Assembly: GCA_036229005.1 (NCBI GenBank) | Contig: JAZAMN010000012.1 | Location: 1-50,354 of the forward strand | DNA length: 50,354 nt | Direction: 5' to 3' | DNA from: Myxococcota bacterium | Lineage (GTDB): Bacteria > Myxococcota_A > UBA796 > CAJQPC01 | Part shown: piece by piece, positions 7,321-17,161 of the stretch | Layout of the letters: every line of letters starts with the position of its first letter | Numbering within the stretch: position 1 is the first letter of the stretch | Notes under the pieces: model-generated | Seen by the model: the letters and a program-made list of their open reading frames with translations, nothing else | Database searches by the model: none | What the model was told of the DNA's origin: nothing | Program-made: the position numbers and the translations under genes

Positions 7321-9458
7321 CAGAACTCGGCCCGCAGCCCCACCAGCGGCAGGAACACCGGGCCGGAGACCGTGGCCTGGTCGGAGAAGTCGTAGCTGTA
7401 GACCACGTACATTCCGTTGTTGGCGGGCGGCACCAGCCAGCCCTCGGCGTAGGCCACCAGCGTCCAGTTCCGCATGACGAAGGAGCGCTCGATGTGCGCG
7501 TCGATCTTCATGTAGTTGACCAGCCGGACGCTGTTCACCTCGCCCATCACGGGGGTGTAGCTGTCGCTGTCGCCCTCGTACACCGAGCCCTGCACGGGGG
7601 TGTAGGGCAGCCCGCTGCTGTAGCGGTAGCGCAGCCCCACGTTCCAGTTGGGGCGGAAGTCCCAGCTCGCCAGCAGGTCGAAGGACCAGGGCTGGTCGTA
7701 GTCAAAGGGCGCGTCGTCCCGCACGCTGCGGCCCAGGGCCAGGCTGGTCCAGGCAAAGAAGTGCTCGCGCATGCGGTAGCGCGAGCTGATCTCCAGGCCG
7801 TAGGCGTAGCCGTCCACCGCCTCCGCGACCTGACCGGGCACCTGCAGCCAGGTGTCTTGGTAGTTCTTGCCCCAGGCGCTCAGGCCCAGCTCCCAGCGCC
7901 CCGCGATGGCCAGATCCACGCCCGCGGCGGCCTGGTCGCTGCGCGCGATGCCCAGGTCCGGGTCCCCCGTCACCGGAGAGAGCAGGTCCAGGCTGGGGAA
8001 CTGGCTGTAGCGCCCCGCCGCGCCCCACATCCGGACGTTGGGGTTGGTCTGCCACCACAGCGACAGGCGGGGGTCCACGCCCAGGTGCCCCTGCCCCGCG
8101 CCCTGGATCCGCAGGCCAGGCTGCGCCCGCAGACGCCCCCAGCGCAGGCGCGGCTCGACATACGCGCCCCAGATCAGCCGGGAGAGCTCCTCGTCCACCG
8201 AAACGCCCCGGGCCAGCATCGGCGCCTCATCCCGCAGCTCGGACCAGGCGCGCTCCACGGTCGCGTCACGTCGCACAGACTCCGGCTTGAGCTCCACGCC
8301 GAAGGCGAGCTGGGCCCCGGGTGACACAGACCAGATCGAGTCGTTGCGGGCCCACGCGTAGCGGTGCAGCCGGAGCTGGTTCTCGTCGGGGAGCTCCCCC
8401 GACCAGGAGTCCCAGACCAGGGCCAGCGAGGTGCGCGAGGTCACCCCCCCGAACTGGTCATACAGACGGATGGCCGCCGTGTGGAAGTCCCGGTCGAACA
8501 CCAGCGACGGCGAGGTCTCCACCTCGAGCGCGTCGAACTCCTCGGCGTCGAACACGTAGCGGGCGTAGCGGTCCCCGGCGCCGAAGAAGGTCATGGCCAG
8601 GTGGTGGTCCGAGCTGCCCAGATCCTGGTCGTAGCGGGCCAGGTAGTCGTAGAAGGTGGGCCACACCGAGAACTGGTCGTTCTGCCGCGCGTCCTGGTAG
8701 CTGCGACGCGCCGACACGCTCAGCCCGCCGGACTCCCCCACCGGCGCGGTCATGTAGCCCCCCGCCATGATGAGGTTCACGTTCACGCCCGCGTGCAGCT
8801 TGAGGGGGTCGGGCCGCCGGCTGCTGGCCTCCACGATCGCCCCCGTCGCGTTGCCGTAGGTCGCCCCGAAGGTCGAGGGGAGGAACGCGATGTCCTCCAG
8901 CAGGCGGGTGTGAAACACGCTGGAGTAGTTGTTGAAGTGAAACAGGTAGGGGATCTCGACGCCGTCGAGGTAATAGCGGGTTTCCTCCGGCGCGCTCCCG
9001 CGGATCGCCAGCACCCCCGAGGCCGGCCCATACTCCGGCGTGGTCGCCACCCCGGGCAGCGACTGCAGCAAGCGCACCGGGTCGCCAAAGGTGCCCGGCG
9101 CCTTCTCCACGCGCTCCCGGTCCAGCACCTGCGCGGAGGGGTGGGGCAGCTCCGCCCGGGCCTCGACCACGACCTCCATCGGAGGCGGGCCCTTGCGCAG
9201 ATACACCACCAGCGGCTCGCTCTGGGGCATCTCCAGGGTCACGAAGGCCGGGTCATGGTCCGCGGCCAGGACCATCAGCTTCACCTCGCCGCTGTCCGGC
9301 AGCTCGATGGCGAAGCCGCCCTTGCGGTCCGTGCGGACCTCGGTCTCCCCGTGGGTGATCAGCGCGTCCTCCAGCGGGTCACCGCTGCCGAACTCCCGCA
9401 CCTGGCCGGTCAGCGTCGCGGCCCACGAGAGCCCACAGAGCAGCAGCACGGCCATCAT
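7320..9458 (-). CDS. TonB-dependent receptor with N-terminal carboxypeptidase-regulatory-like domain
   Basis: Signal peptide, plug motif DPVRLLQSLPGV...IRGS...YYLDGVEIP, amphipathic beta strands, terminal Phe. Confidence 0.88.
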   Translation of the reverse strand: MMAVLLLCGLSWAATLTGQVREFGSGDPLEDALITHGETEVRTDRKGGFAIELPDSGEVKLMVLAADHDPAFVTLEMPQSEPLVVYLRKGPPPMEVVVEARAELPHPSAQVLDRERVEKAPGTFGDPVRLLQSLPGVATTPEYGPASGVLAIRGSAPEETRYYLDGVEIPYLFHFNNYSSVFHTRLLEDIAFLPSTFGATYGNATGAIVEASSRRPDPLKLHAGVNVNLIMAGGYMTAPVGESGGLSVSARRSYQDARQNDQFSVWPTFYDYLARYDQDLGSSDHHLAMTFFGAGDRYARYVFDAEEFDALEVETSPSLVFDRDFHTAAIRLYDQFGGVTSRTSLALVWDSWSGELPDENQLRLHRYAWARNDSIWSVSPGAQLAFGVELKPESVRRDATVERAWSELRDEAPMLARGVSVDEELSRLIWGAYVEPRLRWGRLRAQPGLRIQGAGQGHLGVDPRLSLWWQTNPNVRMWGAAGRYSQFPSLDLLSPVTGDPDLGIARSDQAAAGVDLAIAGRWELGLSAWGKNYQDTWLQVPGQVAEAVDGYAYGLEISSRYRMREHFFAWTSLALGRSVRDDAPFDYDQPWSFDLLASWDFRPNWNVGLRYRYSSGLPYTPVQGSVYEGDSDSYTPVMGEVNSVRLVNYMKIDAHIERSFVMRNWTLVAYAEGWLVPPANNGMYVVYSYDFSDQATVSGPVFLPLVGLRAEF

Positions 9459-10426
9459 CGCAGCGCCACCACGACCCGCGCCCCGTTGACCTCGTCGGCG
9501 CCGCAGCGGCCCTCCGGGATCCAGGACAGGTCAAAGGCCTGATCGGTGAGCCCACAGGCCAGCGACTCCATCTGTGTCAGGTCCTCCACAGACTCCACGT
9601 CCTCCAGGCTCAGCGCGCCGTCTTCGACCACCAGCGTGACCGCGGCCAGCTCACCTGACACAGACTCGGAGACCTCGAACAGACGCCCCCCCGAGGCCAG
9701 CAGCGGCGCCTCCACCCCGATCGCCACGTCCACCCAGGTCCAGCGGTTGCCAAGCTCAGGGTCCAGGTCCAGCACGAGCTGGTGGTAGATGCCCGGCTCG
9801 CCGGCCACGCGCTCTTCCACCACCCAGGCGCCCTCTTCGTTCTCGAAGCTGACCTCGTCCGCCAGCACGTCGGCCTGGGTCTCGCTCAGCTCCAGCACCG
9901 TGCCCGCGCCCAGCGCGCTCATCCAACGCAGGGTCCCGCGGGCCTCCGGGAGGCTCACCCGCACCCCCTGGTCGGCGCTCGCGTGCTCCTGGTCCTCCGC
10001 CTCCAGCTCCCGGCGGGTCTGCAGCGACAGGTCCTGGCCGAGGGAGACCGCGGCGCGCTCCACACCAAGATCCACCGCTGTGGACACCGGAGTCAGCTCC
10101 GCCTCCAGCACATCTCCCGCCGGCGAGGTCACCCGCAGCCCGAGCAGCTCCCCGCCCTCCGGAACGACCACGTCGAAGCCCTCGCCCAGGGGCTCGCCGT
10201 CCAGGGTCCACTCCAGGGTCGGCGACTGCGCGTGCACCATGCCTTGGCCGGACCAGACGGCCGCGTGGGCGACCCCGTCATGCACACCCACGGCGGCAAC
10301 GCGGAAGGGCCCGAGCTCCTTGCGCGAGACGTCAAAGGGGGGCGCGCAGGCCACCAGGCCCAGCACAAGCAGCATCGGGGTCAGCAGCCTCGGGGCCAGC
10401 AGCTCTGGGATCAGGGGGTACTTCAC
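9455..10426 (-). CDS. Hypothetical lipoprotein
   Basis: LVLGLVAC lipobox; 4-nt overlap with the TonB-receptor start. Confidence 0.65.
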   Translation of the reverse strand: MKYPLIPELLAPRLLTPMLLVLGLVACAPPFDVSRKELGPFRVAAVGVHDGVAHAAVWSGQGMVHAQSPTLEWTLDGEPLGEGFDVVVPEGGELLGLRVTSPAGDVLEAELTPVSTAVDLGVERAAVSLGQDLSLQTRRELEAEDQEHASADQGVRVSLPEARGTLRWMSALGAGTVLELSETQADVLADEVSFENEEGAWVVEERVAGEPGIYHQLVLDLDPELGNRWTWVDVAIGVEAPLLASGGRLFEVSESVSGELAAVTLVVEDGALSLEDVESVEDLTQMESLACGLTDQAFDLSWIPEGRCGADEVNGARVVVALR

Positions 10427-10447
10427 GGCCAGCCCCTCTAACGCCCT

Positions 10448-11749
10448 TCAGGCCTGCACGAGCGCCTTCATGAACGCCACTGACTTGCCGCACTCCGTGA
10501 GCTCATCGGTGCGCTGTCGCAAGAACACATCCAGGTGCGGCTTCTTCTCGAAGGCCGCGTCCACCTGGGGGTCGCTGCCCTTGACGTAGGCGCCCAGGCG
10601 GCGGAGCTCGTCGTTGTCCTCGAAGTCCGCCAGGATCCTCCGGATTCCCTGAGCGACCGCCAGGTGCTCCGGGGTGACAACCGCTGGCTGAACACGCGAG
10701 ACCGACGCCAACACATCCACCGCCGGATAGTGTCCCTTGGACGCCAGTTTACGCGACAGCACCACGTGCCCATCCACGATACCGCGCACCGCGTCGCCGA
10801 TGGGATCGTTCACGTCGTCGCCGTCCACGAGCACCGTCAGCACGGCCGTGATCGTGCCCCCGGACTCCACGGTCCCCGGCCCGGCCCGCTCCAGCAATCG
10901 CGGCAGCATCGCGAACACCGAGGGCGTGTAGCCACCGCGCGTGGGCGGCTCCCCGGCTGCAAGGCCGATCTGCCGCTGCGCCATCGCGAAGCGGGTGACC
11001 GAGTCCATCATCAGCAGCACGTCCTGGCCCTGGTCGCGGAAGTGCTCCGCGATGCTCAGGGCCGTCAGCGCGCCCTTGACCTGCAGCACAGGGCTCTTGT
11101 CCGAGGTCACCACCACCACCACAGACCGAGCCAGGCCCTCCGGACCCAGGTCCCGCTCGATGAACTCCCGCACCTCGCGGCCACGCTCTCCGAGCAGGCA
11201 GATCACGTTGACCTGGGCCTTGGAGGACTTGGCCAGCATGCCCATCAGCGTGGACTTGCCCACCCCCGAGCCGGCCATGATGCCCACGCGCTGCCCGCGC
11301 CCGAAGGTCAGCAGCCCGTCGATCACCCGGATGCCCGTCTCCAGCGGCGTATCCACCACCGAGCGCTTCATCGCGTCGGGCGGGTCCCGGTCCACGGGCA
11401 CCCAGCGCTCCACCTGGATCGGCGGCCCCCCGTCGGCGGCGCGCCCCAGCCCATCGACCACCCGGCCGATCATGTCGGCGCCCAGCCCGCAGCGCAGCGG
11501 CGCCTCCAGCGAGTGCACCGGCGATCCGTAGGCCACCCCCTCGGGCGCCTCCAGAGGCACCAGCAGCGCCCGGCCCTCCCGGAAGCCCACCACCTCGGCC
11601 AGGGTCCCCTCCCCCAGCGTGCAGGCCGTGCCCACCGGGACGCCCGGGAGCTCGGCTTCGATGAGGGTGCCGACCAGTCGCACCACGCGGCCCTTCACCG
11701 CCCCCAGTCGGGTGGCCTCCAGACGCGTCTCAAGCTGCGACAGGCTCAC
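10448..11749 (-). CDS. fliI: Flagellar export ATPase FliI
   Basis: Walker A AGSGVGKST, GERGREVREF, MDSVTRFAMAQR, GEPP, YPAVDVLASVSR; follows fliH. Confidence 0.93.
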   Translation of the reverse strand: MSLSQLETRLEATRLGAVKGRVVRLVGTLIEAELPGVPVGTACTLGEGTLAEVVGFREGRALLVPLEAPEGVAYGSPVHSLEAPLRCGLGADMIGRVVDGLGRAADGGPPIQVERWVPVDRDPPDAMKRSVVDTPLETGIRVIDGLLTFGRGQRVGIMAGSGVGKSTLMGMLAKSSKAQVNVICLLGERGREVREFIERDLGPEGLARSVVVVVTSDKSPVLQVKGALTALSIAEHFRDQGQDVLLMMDSVTRFAMAQRQIGLAAGEPPTRGGYTPSVFAMLPRLLERAGPGTVESGGTITAVLTVLVDGDDVNDPIGDAVRGIVDGHVVLSRKLASKGHYPAVDVLASVSRVQPAVVTPEHLAVAQGIRRILADFEDNDELRRLGAYVKGSDPQVDAAFEKKPHLDVFLRQRTDELTECGKSVAFMKALVQA

Positions 11750-12474
11750 GAGGACACCGGATCTGCGTCCGCAGCGGGCACCAGCCCCTCCAGGATCCCG
11801 TCCAGGCCGGCCATCAGGGTGCTCAGGCGCTGGTCGATCTCCGCGCCCTCATTCCGCACGCGGCAGCCCCCCTGGATGCTCGGGTCGGCGACCACCTCCA
11901 CGTCCAGGCTGCCCAGATCCGCCCGCACCTGCTCTTCGCGCCCCGGCGGCACCAGGACCTGCAGGCCCGAGTCGCTGGGAAAACGTGACAGGCAACGTGT
12001 GACAAGCTGCGACAGGGTCTCCGGGCTGTAGAGCAGCGTGTCCCCCAGCACCCGGCGGGAGAGGTCCACGCAGATCCGGGTCGCCTGCTCGGAGAGCTGC
12101 TCGCGCTCCTGGGTCCCCGCCAGGCTCAAGCCCTGGAGGAGGCTCTCCAGCTCCGCAATGCGCGCCCGCGCCGCCTCCAGCTCGGGCAGCAGCTCCCCCT
12201 CCAGGTGCGCCTGCGCCTCCGCCTGAGCCTCCTCCCGCCCCTGGGCCAGGCCCTCGCTCAGGGCCTCCTCCCGCGCGGCGGCGATCAGCGCCTCCACGCT
12301 CTCGGAGAGCGGCTCTTCGGCGGGCGCCTCGGTGTCCTCGTCTGCGCCGTCCTGCACCAACGAGAGCTCGGGGGGCTGGCTGTCGGGGAAGGTGTAGACC
12401 TCTCCGGCGGGGGCCGGGCGCTCCTCGACCTTGAGCTCGGGGATGGACCAGAGGCTCTGGAAGTCCGTGGACAC
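11746..12474 (-). CDS. fliH: Flagellar assembly protein FliH
   Basis: AREEALSEGLAQGREEA GxxxG-type repeats; C-terminal DPSIQGGCRV..EID; lies between fliG and fliI. Confidence 0.85.
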   Translation of the reverse strand: MSTDFQSLWSIPELKVEERPAPAGEVYTFPDSQPPELSLVQDGADEDTEAPAEEPLSESVEALIAAAREEALSEGLAQGREEAQAEAQAHLEGELLPELEAARARIAELESLLQGLSLAGTQEREQLSEQATRICVDLSRRVLGDTLLYSPETLSQLVTRCLSRFPSDSGLQVLVPPGREEQVRADLGSLDVEVVADPSIQGGCRVRNEGAEIDQRLSTLMAGLDGILEGLVPAADADPVSS

Positions 12475-12477
12475 GGA

Positions 12478-13494
12478 TCAGTCCTCCTCGCCCAGCGCGG
12501 CCAGGTAGATGGTGCCCTCCTCGGCCAGCCGCATCGCCACCTCGACGATGTTCTCCTGGGCCTCGCGCAGCGCCTTCTTGGGCGTGGGGCCCATGATCTC
12601 CAGCTCCTCCTCCAGGTCGGCGGCCGCCCGGCTGGACAGGTTGCCCAGGAAGAGGTCGCGCATCTCCGGGCTGGCGCCCTTGAGGGCCAGCAGCAGGTCC
12701 TGCTTCTCGATCTCCTTGAGGATGGCCTGGACGCCGCGGCGGTCCAGATCCTGCAGGTCGTCGAACACCACCATGCGCTTGCGCAGGATGTCGGCCAGCT
12801 CGTCGTCGTCGTCCTCCAGGCGGTCCAGGACCTCCTCGTTGATCTCGGAGCCCAGGCGGCCCAGGACCTGGGCGGTGCGGTCGATGCCCTCGACCACCCA
12901 GCGATCCGCGCCGTCGTCCTCCAGGGCCACCCGCAGCGCGCGCTCCACGTCGTCGGCGAGCTCGCCCGGGACGGTGCGCAGGCGGGCCATGCGCAGGGTG
13001 CTGTCCAGGCGCTCCTCTTCGTCCATGCACTTGAGCACGGAGGCGGCGTTGTCGGTCCCCATCAGCATCAGCGCCACCGCGCGGGTCTGCGGGTGCTCAT
13101 CGCTGAGGATGGCGGCGACGGCCTCGGGCGCGCGGGTTGCGATGTACTCCTCGAAGTCCCGGGAGAGGTTCCGCTTGAGGGCGGCCTCGACGCGGGTGCG
13201 GCGGTCCTCCGGCACCAGACTGGGCAGCACGCCCAGCGCGAAGGCCCGTCCGGTGCGCGGGAAGAGCGTCGTGCGGTGCAGGTCGCGCACGAAGTCGGCC
13301 ACCACGCGCTCGACGACCTCGCTGGGGACGTCGTCCATGTCGGCCATCGCCAGGCCGATGTCCCGGATCTCGTCCGCCTTGAGGTGCTCCAGGATCACCC
13401 CGGACACGTCCCGGTTCAGGAACATCAGCAACACCGCGGCGCGCTGGGTTCCGGTGAGCTCCTTGGGGGTCTCTTTGACTGCCGCTGCGGCCAT
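12478..13494 (-). CDS. fliG: Flagellar motor switch protein FliG
   Basis: LTGTQRAAVLLM, EHPQT, MVVFDDL, LALKGAS, NLSSRAA..LEEELE. Confidence 0.93.
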   Translation of the reverse strand: MAAAAVKETPKELTGTQRAAVLLMFLNRDVSGVILEHLKADEIRDIGLAMADMDDVPSEVVERVVADFVRDLHRTTLFPRTGRAFALGVLPSLVPEDRRTRVEAALKRNLSRDFEEYIATRAPEAVAAILSDEHPQTRAVALMLMGTDNAASVLKCMDEEERLDSTLRMARLRTVPGELADDVERALRVALEDDGADRWVVEGIDRTAQVLGRLGSEINEEVLDRLEDDDDELADILRKRMVVFDDLQDLDRRGVQAILKEIEKQDLLLALKGASPEMRDLFLGNLSSRAAADLEEELEIMGPTPKKALREAQENIVEVAMRLAEEGTIYLAALGEED

Positions 13495-13506
13495 GGGGTG
13501 CTCCTC

Positions 13507-15072
13507 TCAGCCTTCGCTGCCGGTGGCCCACAAGCGGATGACCTGGGCGGCGGCTTCGGCCTCCCGCTGGGCCAGCTTGTTGAGGTCCTCGCGGTCCACG
13601 CTCTCGTAGTTGTCGACCATCTCCCGCAGGCGGGTGGCCAGGTCGTCCTCTTCCTCTTCCTCTTCCTCCTCCTCGGCCTCGGGCTCGGGGGGAGGACGGG
13701 TCAGGAGCTGCTTCATCACCGGCCGCACCACCATCCCGAACACCAGGCCCACCACCAACAGGGCGATGAGGTAGGGCAGGTAGGGCAGCAGCGACTGGGT
13801 CACCAGCGCGCCCGTGGTCACCTCGATCTTGGGCTCGGTGAAGGGCAGCATGATGACCTCGACGCTGTCCAGGTCACCGGTCGCCCCCGCGGAGGACACC
13901 GCCAGGGACTGGAGCTGCTTGCGCACGGCCTCGACATCGGGCTCCTCGCCCTCTGCGGCCATGCCAGCGGCGATCTCGTTGATCTTGTTGGAGTCCACCG
14001 TCACGGCGACCGAGACCCGCTCCAGCACACCGCGCTCGGTGTCCGTCCGGGTCAGGTTGTGACCGGGGGTGGAGCTGGTCTGGATTTTGGAGGTCTCGCT
14101 CAGCCCAGCCGCCCCGCCATTCTCAGGGGTGCCGGTGTTCGCGTCCGCGCCGGCCACGCCCCCGGCGCCGTTGTCGCCGTCGTAGGACTTGGACTCCTCG
14201 ATGCGCTCCTCCAGGGCCAGGCCCTCCAGCAGCTCCTTCCGCTCCCCCACGCTGGCCGTGTAGGACAGCTCAGCGCGCACGGACACCGAGTACGAGCCCG
14301 GGTCCGGCAGGATGGCCCGCAGGTTGCGCTGGACCTTCTCCTCCAGGTCCTGCTCGATCATCCGGCGCTTGCGGGTCATCTCGTCGCCCGCCTCCGCGCC
14401 GCCGCCCATCGCGATGTCGCCGTCCCAGAGCAGCTCGCCGTTCTGGTTGATGACGCTCACCGCCTCGGGCTGCAGCTCGGGGACCGCGGCCGCCACCAGG
14501 TTGACCACGCCCTTGAGCTGCTTCTGCGACAGCGTCATGCCGCCAGCCATCTGCATCACCACCGACGCCGAAGCCGGGCGCTTGTTCGCCACCAGAAAGG
14601 AGTTGTCCTCGGGGAGCACCAGGTGCACCGCAGCGGACTTGACCGGCTTGAGCTGGGAGAGCGAAAGAGCCAGATCCCGCTCCATCTGCGCCTTCTCGGC
14701 GATGTCGAGCTGCCGCGAGGTCGACCCCACCGGCAGCGCCTCGATGATCTCCAGGCCAGGCTGCAGACCGGTGGACGCGATGGCCACCCCCGCAGCCCCG
14801 ATGTCGGACTCGTAGACGACCAGGCGGGTGCCCTCGTCCTCCACCTGGTAGGCCACGCCAGCCTGATCCAGCGCCCCGGCTGCAGAGCGGACCTCCTGCG
14901 GATCGCCCGCCAACACGGTCACCGTAGCCGCCTGGGAGGCCCAGATCCCCACCCCCACGATGGCTGCAGCGCTCAGGACGATGGCCGCGACCAGGCCCAC
15001 GCGGCGCTTGAGGTCCAGGCCGGCCCAGAAGGCCGTGAGCTGCTCGCGCAAGGGTTGGAGGTCCAGGTCCAT
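13507..15072 (-). CDS. fliF: Flagellar MS-ring protein FliF
   Basis: Two TM helices; AAVHLVLPEDNSF, ASASVVM, LVAAAVPELQPEAVSVINQNGELL, RVSVAVTVD; C-terminal AAQVIRLW. Confidence 0.9.
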   Translation of the reverse strand: MDLDLQPLREQLTAFWAGLDLKRRVGLVAAIVLSAAAIVGVGIWASQAATVTVLAGDPQEVRSAAGALDQAGVAYQVEDEGTRLVVYESDIGAAGVAIASTGLQPGLEIIEALPVGSTSRQLDIAEKAQMERDLALSLSQLKPVKSAAVHLVLPEDNSFLVANKRPASASVVMQMAGGMTLSQKQLKGVVNLVAAAVPELQPEAVSVINQNGELLWDGDIAMGGGAEAGDEMTRKRRMIEQDLEEKVQRNLRAILPDPGSYSVSVRAELSYTASVGERKELLEGLALEERIEESKSYDGDNGAGGVAGADANTGTPENGGAAGLSETSKIQTSSTPGHNLTRTDTERGVLERVSVAVTVDSNKINEIAAGMAAEGEEPDVEAVRKQLQSLAVSSAGATGDLDSVEVIMLPFTEPKIEVTTGALVTQSLLPYLPYLIALLVVGLVFGMVVRPVMKQLLTRPPPEPEAEEEEEEEEEDDLATRLREMVDNYESVDREDLNKLAQREAEAAAQVIRLWATGSEG

Positions 15073-15165
15073 CTTCCATCCTGCCGGGCTGCCCGTTTTG
15101 GGCTTGATCGATCCCGGCGATGACCGTCCATCGGTCACCCGACCGCCCGCTTGAGCCCCAGCCCT

Positions 15166-15214
15166 CAAAAAAGCCCGCCCCCCGCCTGCAGCGACAGGAA
15201 GGAGGAGAGGCTTT
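15166..15214 (-). terminator. Possible intrinsic terminator upstream of fliF
   Basis: Minus strand: imperfect hairpin aagcc-tctcctcc..cctg-tcgctg-cagg..gggggg-cgggctt ending in T6. Confidence 0.4.
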
Positions 15215-15311
15215 CAGGCCCAGAACCCCCTGGGCCCACCACTCTGGCCCCTGTCCCCGCGCACACCCTTACACCCCCTCTGCCAGCGAGGTCGGGCGAT
15301 CCGTGACCGCC

Positions 15312-15450
15312 GCCCTACTCCCCCACAGGATCTGACAGCTCATGGCCGGACAAGGTCCCAGAGCGCTTCGGCTCGTCCACCCACAGCCCGTTGATCTCCA
15401 GGCTTGAGTGCCTGTCCCAGCCCATGAACTCGAGCGAGGGTGTCGGCTCC
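15312..15450. repeat. Left copy of the 139-bp direct repeat bounding the island
   Basis: Gapless alignment to 23058-23196 with 124/139 identity (offset 7746). Confidence 0.95.
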
Positions 15451-15482
15451 GACGCCGCCGAGCCCAGGCAGGACGGGCTCAT
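15315..15482 (-). pseudogene. Orphan 3' fragment (last 44 codons) of the lipoprotein gene at 23061-23723; readable as a 55-aa ORF
   Basis: Translates MSPSCLGSAAS-EPTPSLEFMGWDRHSSLEINGLWVDEPKRSGTLSGHELSDPVGE*; homology stops at 15450. Confidence 0.75.
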
Positions 15483-15647
15483 GCCCTCGACTGCTCAGCG
15501 TCGATCGTGGCAAAGTGGAGGCAGAGCTACACTCCCACCCTAGGACGTCGGGGCTAGCTACAACCGAACCGGATAGGGACCGGCCTTCCTCCGCACAAAC
15601 TGGCCCGAAGCACTCCCCAGGGTCGACACCCCCGTAGGCGCAATCGC

Positions 15648-17159
15648 ATGAACATCGTCTCCGAGAAGATCGCTCAGCTAGCAAACGGTCGTGCGCCACG
15701 AGTCCTCGATCTCTTTAGCGGCTGTGGCGGCATCTCGCTTGGCTTCCATCGCGCCGGTGCGGAGATCATTGGCGGCGTCGAGTTCAACACACACGCAGCC
15801 AAGGCCCATGCGGAGAACTTCCATCGCAAAGCCACTAACGAAGAGCAGGCCGTCTTCGGGCGCTCGCGGGATATCCGGGAGACTGACCCACACGACCTGC
15901 TCCGCGAGTTTGGACACCTCGACCCCATACGAGCAGTGGACTTCATTGTCGGGGGTCCCCCCTGTCAGGCCTACGCGCGCGTGGGTAGGGCTAAACTGCG
16001 CGAGGTACTTGAGCACCCCCAAGCCTTCAAAGTCGACGAACGGGGGAGCCTGTTCGAGCACTACTTGCGGTTTGTCGCGGCACTCAGACCCGTAGCCCTG
16101 TTGATGGAGAACGTCCCCGACATCCTCAGCTATGGCGGCGACAATGTGGCCGAAGTGATCGCCGATGGGCTGGAGGCGCTTGGATACTCGGCTCGGTACA
16201 CCCTCCTGAACGCGGCCGCATACGGAGTTCCGCAAACGCGAGAGCGTTTCTATTTGCTAGCCTGGGACTCCAAGGTCAGCGCCGAGCCTCCGACCTTCCC
16301 ACAGCCCAAGCACAACCTCGACGCACTACCCATCGGCTACCGGGGCACTCGCGCGGCTGCACGCCGACTCGAAGAACAGCAAAGGGTGGCCCCCCTGCCG
16401 GGGTCGCCCCCGCCGAACCGATACGACTCCTGCGAGTACTTCGACTGGGACAACTTGCCCGACCCTGTGTCGGCTGGGGACGCTCTGCAGGATCTCCCAA
16501 CCATCACTGGGCACCTCACGGGAGAGATTGGTCGGGGGGCTCGCCGATTCGATACCACCGTTCCCTACGACAAGGCCCCCTCGCACCCCTACGGCCGCCT
16601 CATGAGGGAGGGCTGGCCAAGCTTCGGCAACCATGTAGGCATCCGAGACCACGTCATTCGGTGGCTTCCGCGTGACTACGCAATTTTCCGCGAAATGAGC
16701 CCAGGCGACCAGTACCCCGAGGCACACGCGAAGGCGGTCCAAATGCGAGACCGTGCAGCTAAGGCCCGGGAACGGGAGCTCGCTCGCCCGTTGGACCGAA
16801 ACGAGTTCGCGGACATTACCAAGCGGATCGTTCCACCCTACGACCCGGGAAAATTCCCGAACAAATGGCGAAAGCTGGAAGCCGACGCCCCCGCTCGTAC
16901 TCTGATGGCCCATCTCGGGAAGGACTCCTACAGCCACATCCACTACGACAGCAAGCAGGCCCGCACCATCTCGGTACGGGAGGCTGCTAGGCTGCAGTCC
17001 TTCCCCGATGGGTTCGTGTTCTGTGGCACAATGAACCCAGCATTCAAGATGATTGGCAACGCTGTTCCGCCGCTGATGTCGTATGAGATCGCAAACCACC
17101 TCATCGCTCAGCTCAACCGCGCCATAGGAAGACCGCTCCGCGAAGCCGTCGGGGGATAG
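15648..17159 (+). CDS. dcm: DNA (cytosine-5) methyltransferase
   Basis: Motif I DLFSGCGG, IV GGPPCQ, VI ENV, VIII YGVPQTRER, IX-X REAARLQSFPD..IGNAVPP. Confidence 0.95.
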   Translation: MNIVSEKIAQLANGRAPRVLDLFSGCGGISLGFHRAGAEIIGGVEFNTHAAKAHAENFHRKATNEEQAVFGRSRDIRETDPHDLLREFGHLDPIRAVDFIVGGPPCQAYARVGRAKLREVLEHPQAFKVDERGSLFEHYLRFVAALRPVALLMENVPDILSYGGDNVAEVIADGLEALGYSARYTLLNAAAYGVPQTRERFYLLAWDSKVSAEPPTFPQPKHNLDALPIGYRGTRAAARRLEEQQRVAPLPGSPPPNRYDSCEYFDWDNLPDPVSAGDALQDLPTITGHLTGEIGRGARRFDTTVPYDKAPSHPYGRLMREGWPSFGNHVGIRDHVIRWLPRDYAIFREMSPGDQYPEAHAKAVQMRDRAAKARERELARPLDRNEFADITKRIVPPYDPGKFPNKWRKLEADAPARTLMAHLGKDSYSHIHYDSKQARTISVREAARLQSFPDGFVFCGTMNPAFKMIGNAVPPLMSYEIANHLIAQLNRAIGRPLREAVGG

Positions 17160-17161
17160 AA

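Noticed and set aside
10448..15072. Non-flagellar injectisome T3SS
   Set aside because: A full-length two-TM FliF and a bona fide FliG indicate flagellar type; no secretin or needle genes are present.
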